Shown here: one piece after another, positions 1 to 7,816 of the stretch
How positions within the stretch are numbered: the first letter of the stretch is position 1
How the letters are laid out: every line of letters starts with the position of its first letter
NCBI GenBank assembly: GCA_965661855.1
Contig: CBFIFL010000005.1
Span: 2,372 to 66,371, forward strand
Length of the DNA: 64,000 nucleotides
DNA from: Flavobacteriales bacterium
GTDB taxonomy: Bacteria > Bacteroidota > Bacteroidia > Flavobacteriales_C > CBFIFL01
Reading direction: 5' to 3'
Notes under the pieces: model-generated
What the model was told of the DNA's origin: nothing
The model's input: the letters and a program-made list of their open reading frames with translations, nothing else
Databases searched by the model: none
Made by a program: the position numbers and the translations under genes

Positions 1-236
1 ACTTATCGGCTACAAAATACTGTGATTCTTCAGGTTTAAGTTCAATCTTAGTTGCAAACAGACTTTGTAAAAATGTTGAAGGAACCTTCGTTTTAGCAGC
101 ATTGCAAGATCCAGTGAAGAAATTAATCACAATATCTCAGTTAGATACTATTCTAAATATCACTCCAACGGTTGATGAGGCTGTTGATTTTCTTTTTATG
201 GAAGAAGTAGAAAGAGATCTTACTAGCGAAGAATAA
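1..236 (+). CDS. STAS-domain anti-sigma-factor antagonist (SpoIIAA-like), C-terminal fragment; 5' end lies outside the window
   Basis: Frame 3 is open from nt 3 to TAA at 234-236. Hand translation ...YCDSSGLSSILVANRLCKNVEGTFVLAALQDPVKKLITISQLDTILNITPTVDEAVDFL... shows the DSSGL phospho-serine motif and the C-terminal pattern of STAS/SpoIIAA proteins. Confidence 0.6.
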   Translation, partial: LSATKYCDSSGLSSILVANRLCKNVEGTFVLAALQDPVKKLITISQLDTILNITPTVDEAVDFLFMEEVERDLTSEE

Positions 237-244
237 AAAACAAG

Positions 245-955
245 ATGAAAAATATATTTTTAGGAGCAGCATTTCTTTTGAGTGCTGCTTTTTCATTCGG
301 TCAAAATTGTACTCCAGAAGTAATTACTAATGGTAGGTTAATGTCTCCTTCTGTTGATGAAAACATTGTTCAGCCTGATAGTATTGGAGAATATGAACAA
401 GTAGTAACTTTTGTTGTACCGAGAGATACAACCTATTTAGGAAATCAAGCGGAGATCGATCATTTCAAAGTGTTGAGTATTGATGGTTTGCCAGCGGGAT
501 TCGATTTCGATTGTAATCCTGGAGATTGTATTTTTCCTTCACTAGAATCTTCTTGCCTAAGGTTGTTTGGTGATATTACCACAGACATGGAAAGAACATC
601 TTATCCATTAACCGTGAATTATGAAGCTGCTGGAAGATTGGAATTATTAGGACAAACGCAAGAAGTAATACTGCCTTTAACTATTACGGGATTTGTTTTA
701 GATGTACCGAATATAACGTCAATCAAAGCGAAATCGCCTCAAGGGTATTTGAATTATGCTGACAGAATAATTTCAGCTAAGTTTCAATCAAACTCTGTAT
801 TGAAAGTATATTCTATAAATGGAGCTTTGATAAAAACATTAAATATAAGTGCGGATTCTCCTACACAGTTTCTTCTTAACGATCTTGAAAAAGGAATATA
901 TGTCCTGGATTTGATTAATGAAAATGGTCGTATCAGTAAAAAGATCGCCATCTAG
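245..955 (+). CDS. Small secreted protein with T9SS C-terminal sorting domain (T9SS cargo)
   Basis: Signal peptide MKNIFLGAAFLLSAAFSFGQ. The last ~75 aa (VLKVYSINGALIKTL...GIYVLDLINENGRISKKIAI) follow the type-A T9SS CTD pattern. Confidence 0.7.
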   Translation: MKNIFLGAAFLLSAAFSFGQNCTPEVITNGRLMSPSVDENIVQPDSIGEYEQVVTFVVPRDTTYLGNQAEIDHFKVLSIDGLPAGFDFDCNPGDCIFPSLESSCLRLFGDITTDMERTSYPLTVNYEAAGRLELLGQTQEVILPLTITGFVLDVPNITSIKAKSPQGYLNYADRIISAKFQSNSVLKVYSINGALIKTLNISADSPTQFLLNDLEKGIYVLDLINENGRISKKIAI

Positions 956-1872
956 TGGATTTTTCCGTCAAGATTTTAGGCTGTTCATCAGCTACTCCAT
1001 TATCTAACCGTTTTCCGAGTTCACAACTATTAAATCATAAGAATAGATACTTTTTAATTGATTGTGGTGAAGGAACTCAAATTCAACTACGTAGATTGCG
1101 CGTTAAGTTCCAACGGATAGATCACATTTTTATATCACATTTACATGGAGACCATATTTTTGGTCTAATTGGTTTGTTGTCATCTCTTTCATTACTGGGT
1201 AGACAAAAGGACATGACTCTATTTTGTCCGAAGGGCTTAAAGGAGATCTTGGATGTTCAAATAAAACATTCTCAAACGTATTTGACATATCCGTTAAAAT
1301 ATGTCTTTTTAGAGGACTCAGAAGATATTTTAATCAATGATAAATATTTGAGTGTTAGAAAGGTGTCATTGAATCATAGGATTGAATGTTGGGGGTTTAT
1401 TTTTGAAGAGAAAGATCTGGGAAGAAAGATTAGGCAAGGCGTATTGAAAGAGCATGGAATTCCTTTTACCGAAGTGGAGAGACTAAGAGAAGGGGAGGAT
1501 TATGTTGATCATCTGGGAAAGGTGATTAAAAATGAGGATTTAACAGTTAAGGGTGATGCAAAAAGAACTTACGCTTACATAAGTGATAATCGTTTTAAAG
1601 AAGAACAATTGGACTCTTTTGAAGGAATTACTACTATGTATCATGAAGCTACTTTTTTACAAGATTTAAAGCATAAAGCTGTTAAAACCAAGCATACGAC
1701 TACCATTGAGGCTGCAGAAATGGCAACAAAGGTTGGTTTGAAAAGATTGATTATAGGTCATTATTCATCCCGTTATCAAGACTTTCAATTACTTAAGTTT
1801 AAAGAGGAAATAGAACCAATATTCGAGCAAATCTTACTTGCAAAGGATGGTTTGGATATAGAAGTTGTATAA
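955..1872 (+). CDS. rnz: Ribonuclease Z (tRNA 3' endonuclease)
   Basis: 305 aa with the metallo-beta-lactamase motif SHLHGDHIFGL and a C-terminal GHYSSRY. GTG start shares one nt with the upstream TAG (TAGTG). Confidence 0.9.
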   Translation: MDFSVKILGCSSATPLSNRFPSSQLLNHKNRYFLIDCGEGTQIQLRRLRVKFQRIDHIFISHLHGDHIFGLIGLLSSLSLLGRQKDMTLFCPKGLKEILDVQIKHSQTYLTYPLKYVFLEDSEDILINDKYLSVRKVSLNHRIECWGFIFEEKDLGRKIRQGVLKEHGIPFTEVERLREGEDYVDHLGKVIKNEDLTVKGDAKRTYAYISDNRFKEEQLDSFEGITTMYHEATFLQDLKHKAVKTKHTTTIEAAEMATKVGLKRLIIGHYSSRYQDFQLLKFKEEIEPIFEQILLAKDGLDIEVV

Positions 1873-1920
1873 GTAAATTATAGAAGCGATATTTGTTATT
1901 TAGAATCAATCTAAGAAACT

Positions 1921-2580
1921 ATGCATATTAAAGTAGGTGTTTTTGTTCAAGATTATTTAATCCAGGCAGGATTATCGGTTTTAGCGAACCATCTAGATTC
2001 TATTGAGTCTTATCAAAGGTTTAAGTCTGTAGAGGCTTTAGAAGAGCATATTCATCACTTAGATTTGATTATTGTTGATGTAGTTTACCTTGAAGAGCAT
2101 GACATGAAGATTGCTCAACTTAAATCTTGGAATGAAAAAGTTAAGGTCTTAGCAATTACACAGGAGCAAACCAAAACGTTCTATTCATATGCTTTGGCAA
2201 AAGGTGTAGATAGCTATATTTTGAATTGTTGTGATGCTAAGGAGATTACAGACGCAATCAACACTACGGCTGGTGGTGATCGATTCTTTTGTTCGAAAGT
2301 ATTAAGAGAGGTGATGATTGATAACAAGATTGATCTTCAAAGTACATGTCAAGGCTTGAATATAAGTGAGAGAGAATCTGAGATTATTCAATTAATTGCA
2401 AGAGGACATACTAACAAGCAAATAGCAGATCAATTGTTTCTAAGTAGTCATACGATTACAACGCATAGAAAAAATATCATGGCTAAGCTAGGAGTGAATA
2501 ATACGGCTGGAATAGTCATGTTTGCTGTGAAGGAAAAACTGGTTCACCCGAATAAATATTTGTTTTCTTCGGATAATTAA
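1921..2580 (+). CDS. LuxR/NarL-family response regulator with degenerate receiver domain
   Basis: C-terminal LuxR HTH (SERESEIIQLIARGHTNKQIADQLFLSSHTITTHRKNIMAKLGV). The N-terminal receiver-like fold keeps IIVDV, but the acidic pair reads QD and the conserved Lys position reads YILN. Confidence 0.8.
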   Translation: MHIKVGVFVQDYLIQAGLSVLANHLDSIESYQRFKSVEALEEHIHHLDLIIVDVVYLEEHDMKIAQLKSWNEKVKVLAITQEQTKTFYSYALAKGVDSYILNCCDAKEITDAINTTAGGDRFFCSKVLREVMIDNKIDLQSTCQGLNISERESEIIQLIARGHTNKQIADQLFLSSHTITTHRKNIMAKLGVNNTAGIVMFAVKEKLVHPNKYLFSSDN

Positions 2581-2846
2581 TTCTTCTTTTTAGCTGCTGC
2601 TTTTTTCTTTTTATTTAAGTGTTCTTCTGAAACACCTTCTTCATCTATTGCAATCTGCTTTCCTTCTTTTGGCGTTTTCTTTGGTTTGTCCTTATGACTT
2701 ACTTTTTTCGCCTTTACCTGCTTGGCTACTTTTCTAGAAGCTTTTTGCGTTGTTTGTTTAGGAGCATTTTTAGGCTTAGAAGGTGACTGTCCCGAAAGAC
2801 TAGTTAATCCAGTGCTAAATAGAATTATTAGTAGATACTTAATCAT
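2577..2846 (-). CDS. Secreted lysine-rich small protein (89 aa), unknown function
   Basis: Signal peptide MIKYLLIILFSTGLTSLSGQ, then about 22 Lys in about 69 residues (hand count). Its ATG overlaps the upstream stop as ATGATTAA, indicating translational coupling. Confidence 0.55.
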   Translation of the reverse strand: MIKYLLIILFSTGLTSLSGQSPSKPKNAPKQTTQKASRKVAKQVKAKKVSHKDKPKKTPKEGKQIAIDEEGVSEEHLNKKKKAAAKKKN

Positions 2847-3582
2847 TTTGCAATAGTTTTTTACTTACCGAATATGGGATGACTTGCTTGTCGTGTATAC
2901 CTACAATTTTCAAGCCTTTAAACTGTATACTCTCTAAGTCCTTTAAATGTTCATATGCTTGATTGGAGTCCCGAAATTTTCCAGTAGTGTAAATGGTCTC
3001 TCCTTTGTTCCCTTCATACATGAAAATAAGGTCTTTCAATTGATTGAACTTTTCCATTACCTCTAGAGGTACCTCCTTTTTATAGGAACCGATTTGAACT
3101 CGATAAAACATGATGCTTGGATCAAGATTTTTATATCGTTTCGATTTATATTCAATTCGGTCGATTGCGTCTTGGTTATTTAAAAAGGCTTCTTTTTTAA
3201 GTTCTTCAGAAACAACTTTAATGTCGTTTAACAAGTGAACCATGGTTTGATTAACACTAATGTTTAAGCTACTGATTGGAATTATCATTCCTTCTTTGAA
3301 ACAGACAATAAAGGTTCCTAAATAATTCTTTTCTAAAAGCTCTTTTTTGTGACTTAAAGCTTCTTCGTATGTTTTAAATCCACCCGATAAATACTTAGTT
3401 AAGCTATTGGGCATAACATAAGTACTTAAGCTATCAATATCATCGAAAATCTGTGGTTTTGATTTGCTGAATGCTCCGATTTGGACTTTAAAAGTGACAC
3501 CTGCGTATGAAGTATTAATGGTATTTTGACTAAAAGAACATAGACTAATGAAAAGCCATGAAATTAATAGAAGGCCCTTCAT
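2839..3582 (-). CDS. Secreted protein with two SPOR-like repeats
   Basis: Signal peptide MKGLLLISWLFISLCSFSQ. Two modules start at VTFKVQIGAFSKSKP and MFYRVQIGSYKKEVP. Its start overlaps the upstream stop by 1 nt (TAATG). Confidence 0.7.
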   Translation of the reverse strand: MKGLLLISWLFISLCSFSQNTINTSYAGVTFKVQIGAFSKSKPQIFDDIDSLSTYVMPNSLTKYLSGGFKTYEEALSHKKELLEKNYLGTFIVCFKEGMIIPISSLNISVNQTMVHLLNDIKVVSEELKKEAFLNNQDAIDRIEYKSKRYKNLDPSIMFYRVQIGSYKKEVPLEVMEKFNQLKDLIFMYEGNKGETIYTTGKFRDSNQAYEHLKDLESIQFKGLKIVGIHDKQVIPYSVSKKLLQND

Positions 3583-6323
3583 TATTGATCTAATATTTGT
3601 ATTGCTCTGTTTAACTTAATGCTTTCACCGTTATAAAAAGCAACGATAAACGTATCTATAAAACCTTTAGATTTTAATACTTCTTGGTATTTCACTGCAG
3701 AATCAATATCATTGAAATTACCTGCATAAACCTTTGTTGTACTTCCATTAAAATCGTACTTCACTTCTCTTAAACCTAAGTACTTAGATTTTTGTCCAGT
3801 ACTAATTTTAGAATCAATAACTGCCACTTGGATTCGAATACTGATAAGACTTTTATTGTAAGTAACATTCGGATCTATTTCCTTTTTAGAGTTCTTTATA
3901 ATTGAAGAACTTGTGTTGGTATTCACAGGAGCTGTTTCAGTTGAATCAGACTTGAAAGGAATGTATTCACTCTCATCAACTAATTCAGAAATGTGTACAC
4001 GCTTACCATTTTTATATCCAACAACAAAAGCATCATCAAATCCTTTATCATGCATTCTACTCTTTTCTTGATGAGCTTCTTTGTATGTTTTAAATGACCC
4101 TGTTACATATTTTGTAATTCCCTGCTTAGTAGGGAAGGCGATAATATCCACACCTTTGAAAATAGACTTAGAAACAGAGTTTCTGTAAGCTCCAAGTTGA
4201 ACTCTGAAAACGGTCTCTTTTGTTATAATCTCACTTTCTTCAATAGACTTGGCTGGTTTGGTCGTCTTCATTGCTTTTAACTCATCTGGAGTGTAAACGA
4301 GTGAGTCTTTAACTTTGTTAAATACAGCACCGTCATTAATAGCTACTACTGATGCTTCAAACCCCATGTCTTTTAATTCGTTCATTCTTTCTTTTGCCTC
4401 TGAAATAGATTCGAAATCCCCTGAAGTATATATCGTTCTTTCTGGGTTATCTGTCGTTGTACTAGAAATATCAGGAATACTTAGCATTTTGTTCGTTACA
4501 TCAGCGCTTACATCATTTCCGAATTCGGCAACTTTAACGGTATATCTTGTAGTGTCAACATTAGTTAATTGTTCCTCTTCAAAAGTGCTTTCTTCTTCTT
4601 CTACTTCTTCTTCTTTTATGGCGTCTGCGTCAACTTCAATTAGCTTACCGTTTTTAAACATTTTAATACTAACATCAGGGAATTCAGCGCTTGAGTTTTT
4701 AGCAGCATTCTCTGCTTCAGTGAAAGAATCATAACTTCCGTTTACGTATTTGGTGGAATTTCTTTTACCAGGAAATTGAATGGTGTTATTATCTGGGAAG
4801 AACCTTGCCTTATCAACGTTTGAAGCATCAGCCTCAGTACTTCCCAATACTCTAACATACTTTCCTTCTAAAGCAGCTATCTGTTCAGCTTTTTCAGTGC
4901 TATCTTTTGCAGCTTCCATTTCGTCGATAGACAGGTATTCATCCAACGTATAGATTTTGTTCTTGTACTCTACTACTATTTCAGATTCACTCAATCCTTT
5001 ATCTAATAAAGAATCTAATCTCATTTCAGCAGATTTTAAGTCACCGTATCTATCCGTAACATAATCGTTAGTGCTATAATCAACAGGAATTGCAATTAAG
5101 TCATCTTCAGCTAAATAAACGTCAACTTGATGCTCAGGAATACGCCCATCTATACGAGCTAAACGAACTCTAAACATGGCTGCATTTTTAGGAGTTCCCG
5201 TCATACGTGATATGATTTCAATAGGAATATCAAGAGAATCCATATATTCTAAATACCAATATTCAAATTCACTATCTCCCATACCTACACCGTTTACGTC
5301 AACGTATTCAGTGTCTTCAGCCGTATATTTTTCGTGATCTAAATAATCGGCAACACCATCCCCATCTGTATCAAAAGGACAACCTTTTTCATCTACTTCC
5401 ACTCCAAATGGAGTCATGGCACATGAGTCTAAAAAGTTAGGTACACCATCTTTGTCAAAATCAGCATCATCCAAAACAAAGTAGTCAGGGAATTCGAATA
5501 CCGATTCATCCACTTCTTTTGGTGGAATTAAAAAATCGTAATGGAAGCTTAGTGTTGAAAAAAGAAAATTATCATTTCGTGTATCCCCTTTTCTATCTCC
5601 GGTACCTGCACTTGAATAATTGTCTATGTTATCGGTGAATGAAATGGAATAGGTTGAGTTAAGTTTGAATCTTAAGCGGTCGCTAATTTCAAAATTAATT
5701 CCTGCAGAAATTGGAATACCAATAGATACTAAAGGGTATTTACCCAGGCCGTCTAAATCAGCTTCTCTAAGATCTGTTTCATAAACATAATCTCTTGTTA
5801 AGATATCTGCTTGAGCTGCATCAACATCATCTTGGGACAAAGATCGGATTGATCCATCATCCCAGAAGTTATATTCATTCCCATCAGCATCAAATAAATC
5901 GGCTTTAGGGTTAAATTCAAAGCTTTCGAAACCAACACCAACAAAAGGATGAATTTTAGAATCGTGAGGAATGAGAGGGTGAAAGTTGTAAACTACTCTG
6001 GTCTCACCAACAAACAAGGAAGATTTAAAATTGAATTCATTTTGAAATCCAGTTAGTTTACCTGTACTAACTTTTAAAGAAATATCTAATTGATTACTGA
6101 TTCCTCTGGCTAATTCTAACATAAACCCTTGCTGACCAGTTAGCATGCCTGCATTTTTCCTTGAGCTTACTTCGCCATAATAACCGAAGTAACCCCAGCC
6201 TAAACCAATCGAAGGTTTGTACTCTCTACTAACAAGACTATCTGATTGCCCCTGTGAGTTTAGGCTCAATGTCATAAACAGGATCAATACACATTTTAAC
6301 AGTATGTTGAATGGTTTTTTCAA
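3582..6323 (-). CDS. Outer-membrane beta-barrel protein with thrombospondin-type-3 Ca-binding linker and five SPOR-like repeats (913 aa)
   Basis: Signal peptide, then an N-terminal amphipathic beta-strand region (SIGLGWGYFGYYGE...FLFSTLSFHYDF). TSP3-like DFDKDGVPNFLDSC...DTDGDGVADYLD follows. Five ~75-aa modules are present, e.g. FRVRLARIDG, YTVKVAEFGN, FRVQLGAYRN and IRIQVAVIDS. Confidence 0.7.
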   Translation of the reverse strand: MKKPFNILLKCVLILFMTLSLNSQGQSDSLVSREYKPSIGLGWGYFGYYGEVSSRKNAGMLTGQQGFMLELARGISNQLDISLKVSTGKLTGFQNEFNFKSSLFVGETRVVYNFHPLIPHDSKIHPFVGVGFESFEFNPKADLFDADGNEYNFWDDGSIRSLSQDDVDAAQADILTRDYVYETDLREADLDGLGKYPLVSIGIPISAGINFEISDRLRFKLNSTYSISFTDNIDNYSSAGTGDRKGDTRNDNFLFSTLSFHYDFLIPPKEVDESVFEFPDYFVLDDADFDKDGVPNFLDSCAMTPFGVEVDEKGCPFDTDGDGVADYLDHEKYTAEDTEYVDVNGVGMGDSEFEYWYLEYMDSLDIPIEIISRMTGTPKNAAMFRVRLARIDGRIPEHQVDVYLAEDDLIAIPVDYSTNDYVTDRYGDLKSAEMRLDSLLDKGLSESEIVVEYKNKIYTLDEYLSIDEMEAAKDSTEKAEQIAALEGKYVRVLGSTEADASNVDKARFFPDNNTIQFPGKRNSTKYVNGSYDSFTEAENAAKNSSAEFPDVSIKMFKNGKLIEVDADAIKEEEVEEEESTFEEEQLTNVDTTRYTVKVAEFGNDVSADVTNKMLSIPDISSTTTDNPERTIYTSGDFESISEAKERMNELKDMGFEASVVAINDGAVFNKVKDSLVYTPDELKAMKTTKPAKSIEESEIITKETVFRVQLGAYRNSVSKSIFKGVDIIAFPTKQGITKYVTGSFKTYKEAHQEKSRMHDKGFDDAFVVGYKNGKRVHISELVDESEYIPFKSDSTETAPVNTNTSSSIIKNSKKEIDPNVTYNKSLISIRIQVAVIDSKISTGQKSKYLGLREVKYDFNGSTTKVYAGNFNDIDSAVKYQEVLKSKGFIDTFIVAFYNGESIKLNRAIQILDQ

Positions 6324-6389
6324 TCAGTGTATGCTTAAATTCCACGTTAATACGATCGCTTTGGAATTAGGTTATAAGTATTGGGAAGA

Positions 6390-7688
6390 TTATGGGTACC
6401 AACGTTGGTTTGAAGTCATTAAAGCTTCTTGAACCGTAATTCTTGTACCATCGTTGTAGGCTGTAACAAACGGACCAACAATTGAATAGTTTGTTCTAAC
6501 TTCTTCTCTGTAATCCCTTGCGCCCTTGTATAATCCAAAATTACCTACTGTAAACTTGGTCCAACCTTCATGCATTTCCATGTAGATTTCCTCATTTACA
6601 TTGTTGTTTTTTACAAAATAATCTGCAGTGGTCTCCGTGTGTGTAGCACAAATTTGGACTCTATAGTTCAAACCATCTACTGATTTATTAGAGAAAGATT
6701 TTGTTGGAGCAGTCTGCTTTTTTATAGCTTGCTTTGGTGTTTCTACTTTTTCTGCTGGTGTGTTAACCTGAGCTACAGCTGCAGACTTAACTTCGAATGT
6801 ATTACTTGGTATAATAAATTTCTCAGGAGAAGTTTTGTTTGGATCTACATAAGAAAATACTGCATTGTTTAACTCGAAATCTCCACTTGTACTAGCAGAT
6901 GAAACAAGGGTGTAATCAACACTGAATGATCCTTGACTTGGAAACTTCATCCAAAGTAACTTAATCACATTTCCTGTATTGGAGAATGAAGCTCCAAAAC
7001 TACTTCCTTCTTGAACAGTAAATCCTGAAGGTATGATCTCTTGAATTTTAGCAAAACCTTCTAAGTTCTTAGTGTTAAGGTTCAATGTAACTTTAATAGA
7101 TTCTCCTGATTCAATTGTGTTTTTAGAAATACTTCTTGTGATTTCAACGCTTGGAGTTACTTTCTCTTCAGCAGTTGTAACTGGTGCTGTTTCTGTTTCA
7201 GAAGAAGCTGTTTCAGATTCTGGATTATCTTCTATTTCAGAGCTTGCAACAGATGCTTCACCAGCGCCAAGAGTAACTGTCTTTTCTTCTAAATCAACAA
7301 CTTTTCTCTCGTTATTGATGATGTAAGAAAACTTCCCGTTTAATTTAATATCGTCTGTATAGCTTGGAGGAACGTTGATTTTATACTTAACAGTTACTGT
7401 TTTTTCAGGAGGTAGATTCCACCAAATGATTTTAACTACGTTCGTTTTGTAAGAGAAAGTTCCGCCATTCAACTCTAAGCCTTCAGCAGTTAATCCTTCA
7501 GCTAATTCCGTTTGAATTTTAGCAAAACTGGTGATGTCATTTTTATCAATAACAAGTTCTACGTTTATTATCCCACCCGGACTTACAGATTCATCTGTAT
7601 TCACCGTCACTGTAACACTATCGTCAAAGAAAAATCCTAAAATCGAAAATATTACCGCGTTCACAAGTACTACCAAATACTTTATCAT
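6390..7688 (-). CDS. Membrane-anchored protein with two duplicated ~110-aa beta-rich domains and a C-terminal SPOR-like domain
   Basis: Start moved to the internal ATG at 7688 (MIKYLVVLVNAVIFSILGFF, TM/signal anchor). A -7 box lies inside the longer ORF. The internal duplication runs ...FAKIQTELAEGLTAEG...VKIIWWNLPP... versus ...FAKIQEIIPSGFTVQEG...IKLLWMKFPS.... C-terminus is LNYRVQICATHTE...GPFVTAYNDG. Confidence 0.65.
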   Translation of the reverse strand: MIKYLVVLVNAVIFSILGFFFDDSVTVTVNTDESVSPGGIINVELVIDKNDITSFAKIQTELAEGLTAEGLELNGGTFSYKTNVVKIIWWNLPPEKTVTVKYKINVPPSYTDDIKLNGKFSYIINNERKVVDLEEKTVTLGAGEASVASSEIEDNPESETASSETETAPVTTAEEKVTPSVEITRSISKNTIESGESIKVTLNLNTKNLEGFAKIQEIIPSGFTVQEGSSFGASFSNTGNVIKLLWMKFPSQGSFSVDYTLVSSASTSGDFELNNAVFSYVDPNKTSPEKFIIPSNTFEVKSAAVAQVNTPAEKVETPKQAIKKQTAPTKSFSNKSVDGLNYRVQICATHTETTADYFVKNNNVNEEIYMEMHEGWTKFTVGNFGLYKGARDYREEVRTNYSIVGPFVTAYNDGTRITVQEALMTSNQRWYP

Positions 7689-7725
7689 ACTATTACCTTT
7701 TACGTTTACCCAAGACAAACATAAA

Positions 7726-7733
7726 ATAATAAG
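7726..7733 (-). promoter_or_regulatory. Candidate Bacteroidota -7 promoter box (TATGTTTG) for the SPOR-like operon
   Basis: The minus strand reads TATGTTTG, which matches TAnnTTTG. It sits ~37 nt upstream of the ATG at 7688. No clear -33 TTG was seen. Confidence 0.3.
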
Positions 7734-7804
7734 CAAGCGTAGGGTGAGCCACCCTTTTTCACTTATACACAGCAATTTGTTAAAAAGGGAGACAAAAGGA
7801 TTCT

Positions 7805-7812
7805 TAATTTTG
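7805..7812 (+). promoter_or_regulatory. Candidate -7 promoter box (TAATTTTG) for the OmpR-type regulator
   Basis: TAATTTTG matches TAnnTTTG and ends 4 nt before the ATG at 7817. Confidence 0.3.
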
Positions 7813-7816
7813 CGGT

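Noticed and set aside
4315-4734. 139-aa plus-strand ORF inside the 913-aa SPOR-like gene (also 6217-6432, 7072-7326 and 7531-7827)
   Set aside because: These are antisense to long, well-supported minus-strand genes. The translations are low-complexity Ser/Thr/Leu-rich, which is typical of shadow frames opposite acidic/Lys-rich coding sequence.
7742-7759. GGGTG-AGC-CACCC hairpin plus T5 on the plus strand
   Set aside because: The 5-bp stem with a 3-nt loop is marginal, and there is no upstream plus-strand gene to terminate. It lies in a divergent promoter region and may be incidental.
7689-7775. Longer N-terminus (MLCISEKGWLTLRLL...) for the 461-aa ORF; similarly 52010-52138 for the BI-1 gene, 26999-27043 for pabB and 16737-16769 for the PorV-like gene
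   Set aside because: In each case an internal ATG gives a proper signal peptide or family-typical N-terminus. The extensions overlap promoter-like sequence or the upstream gene.
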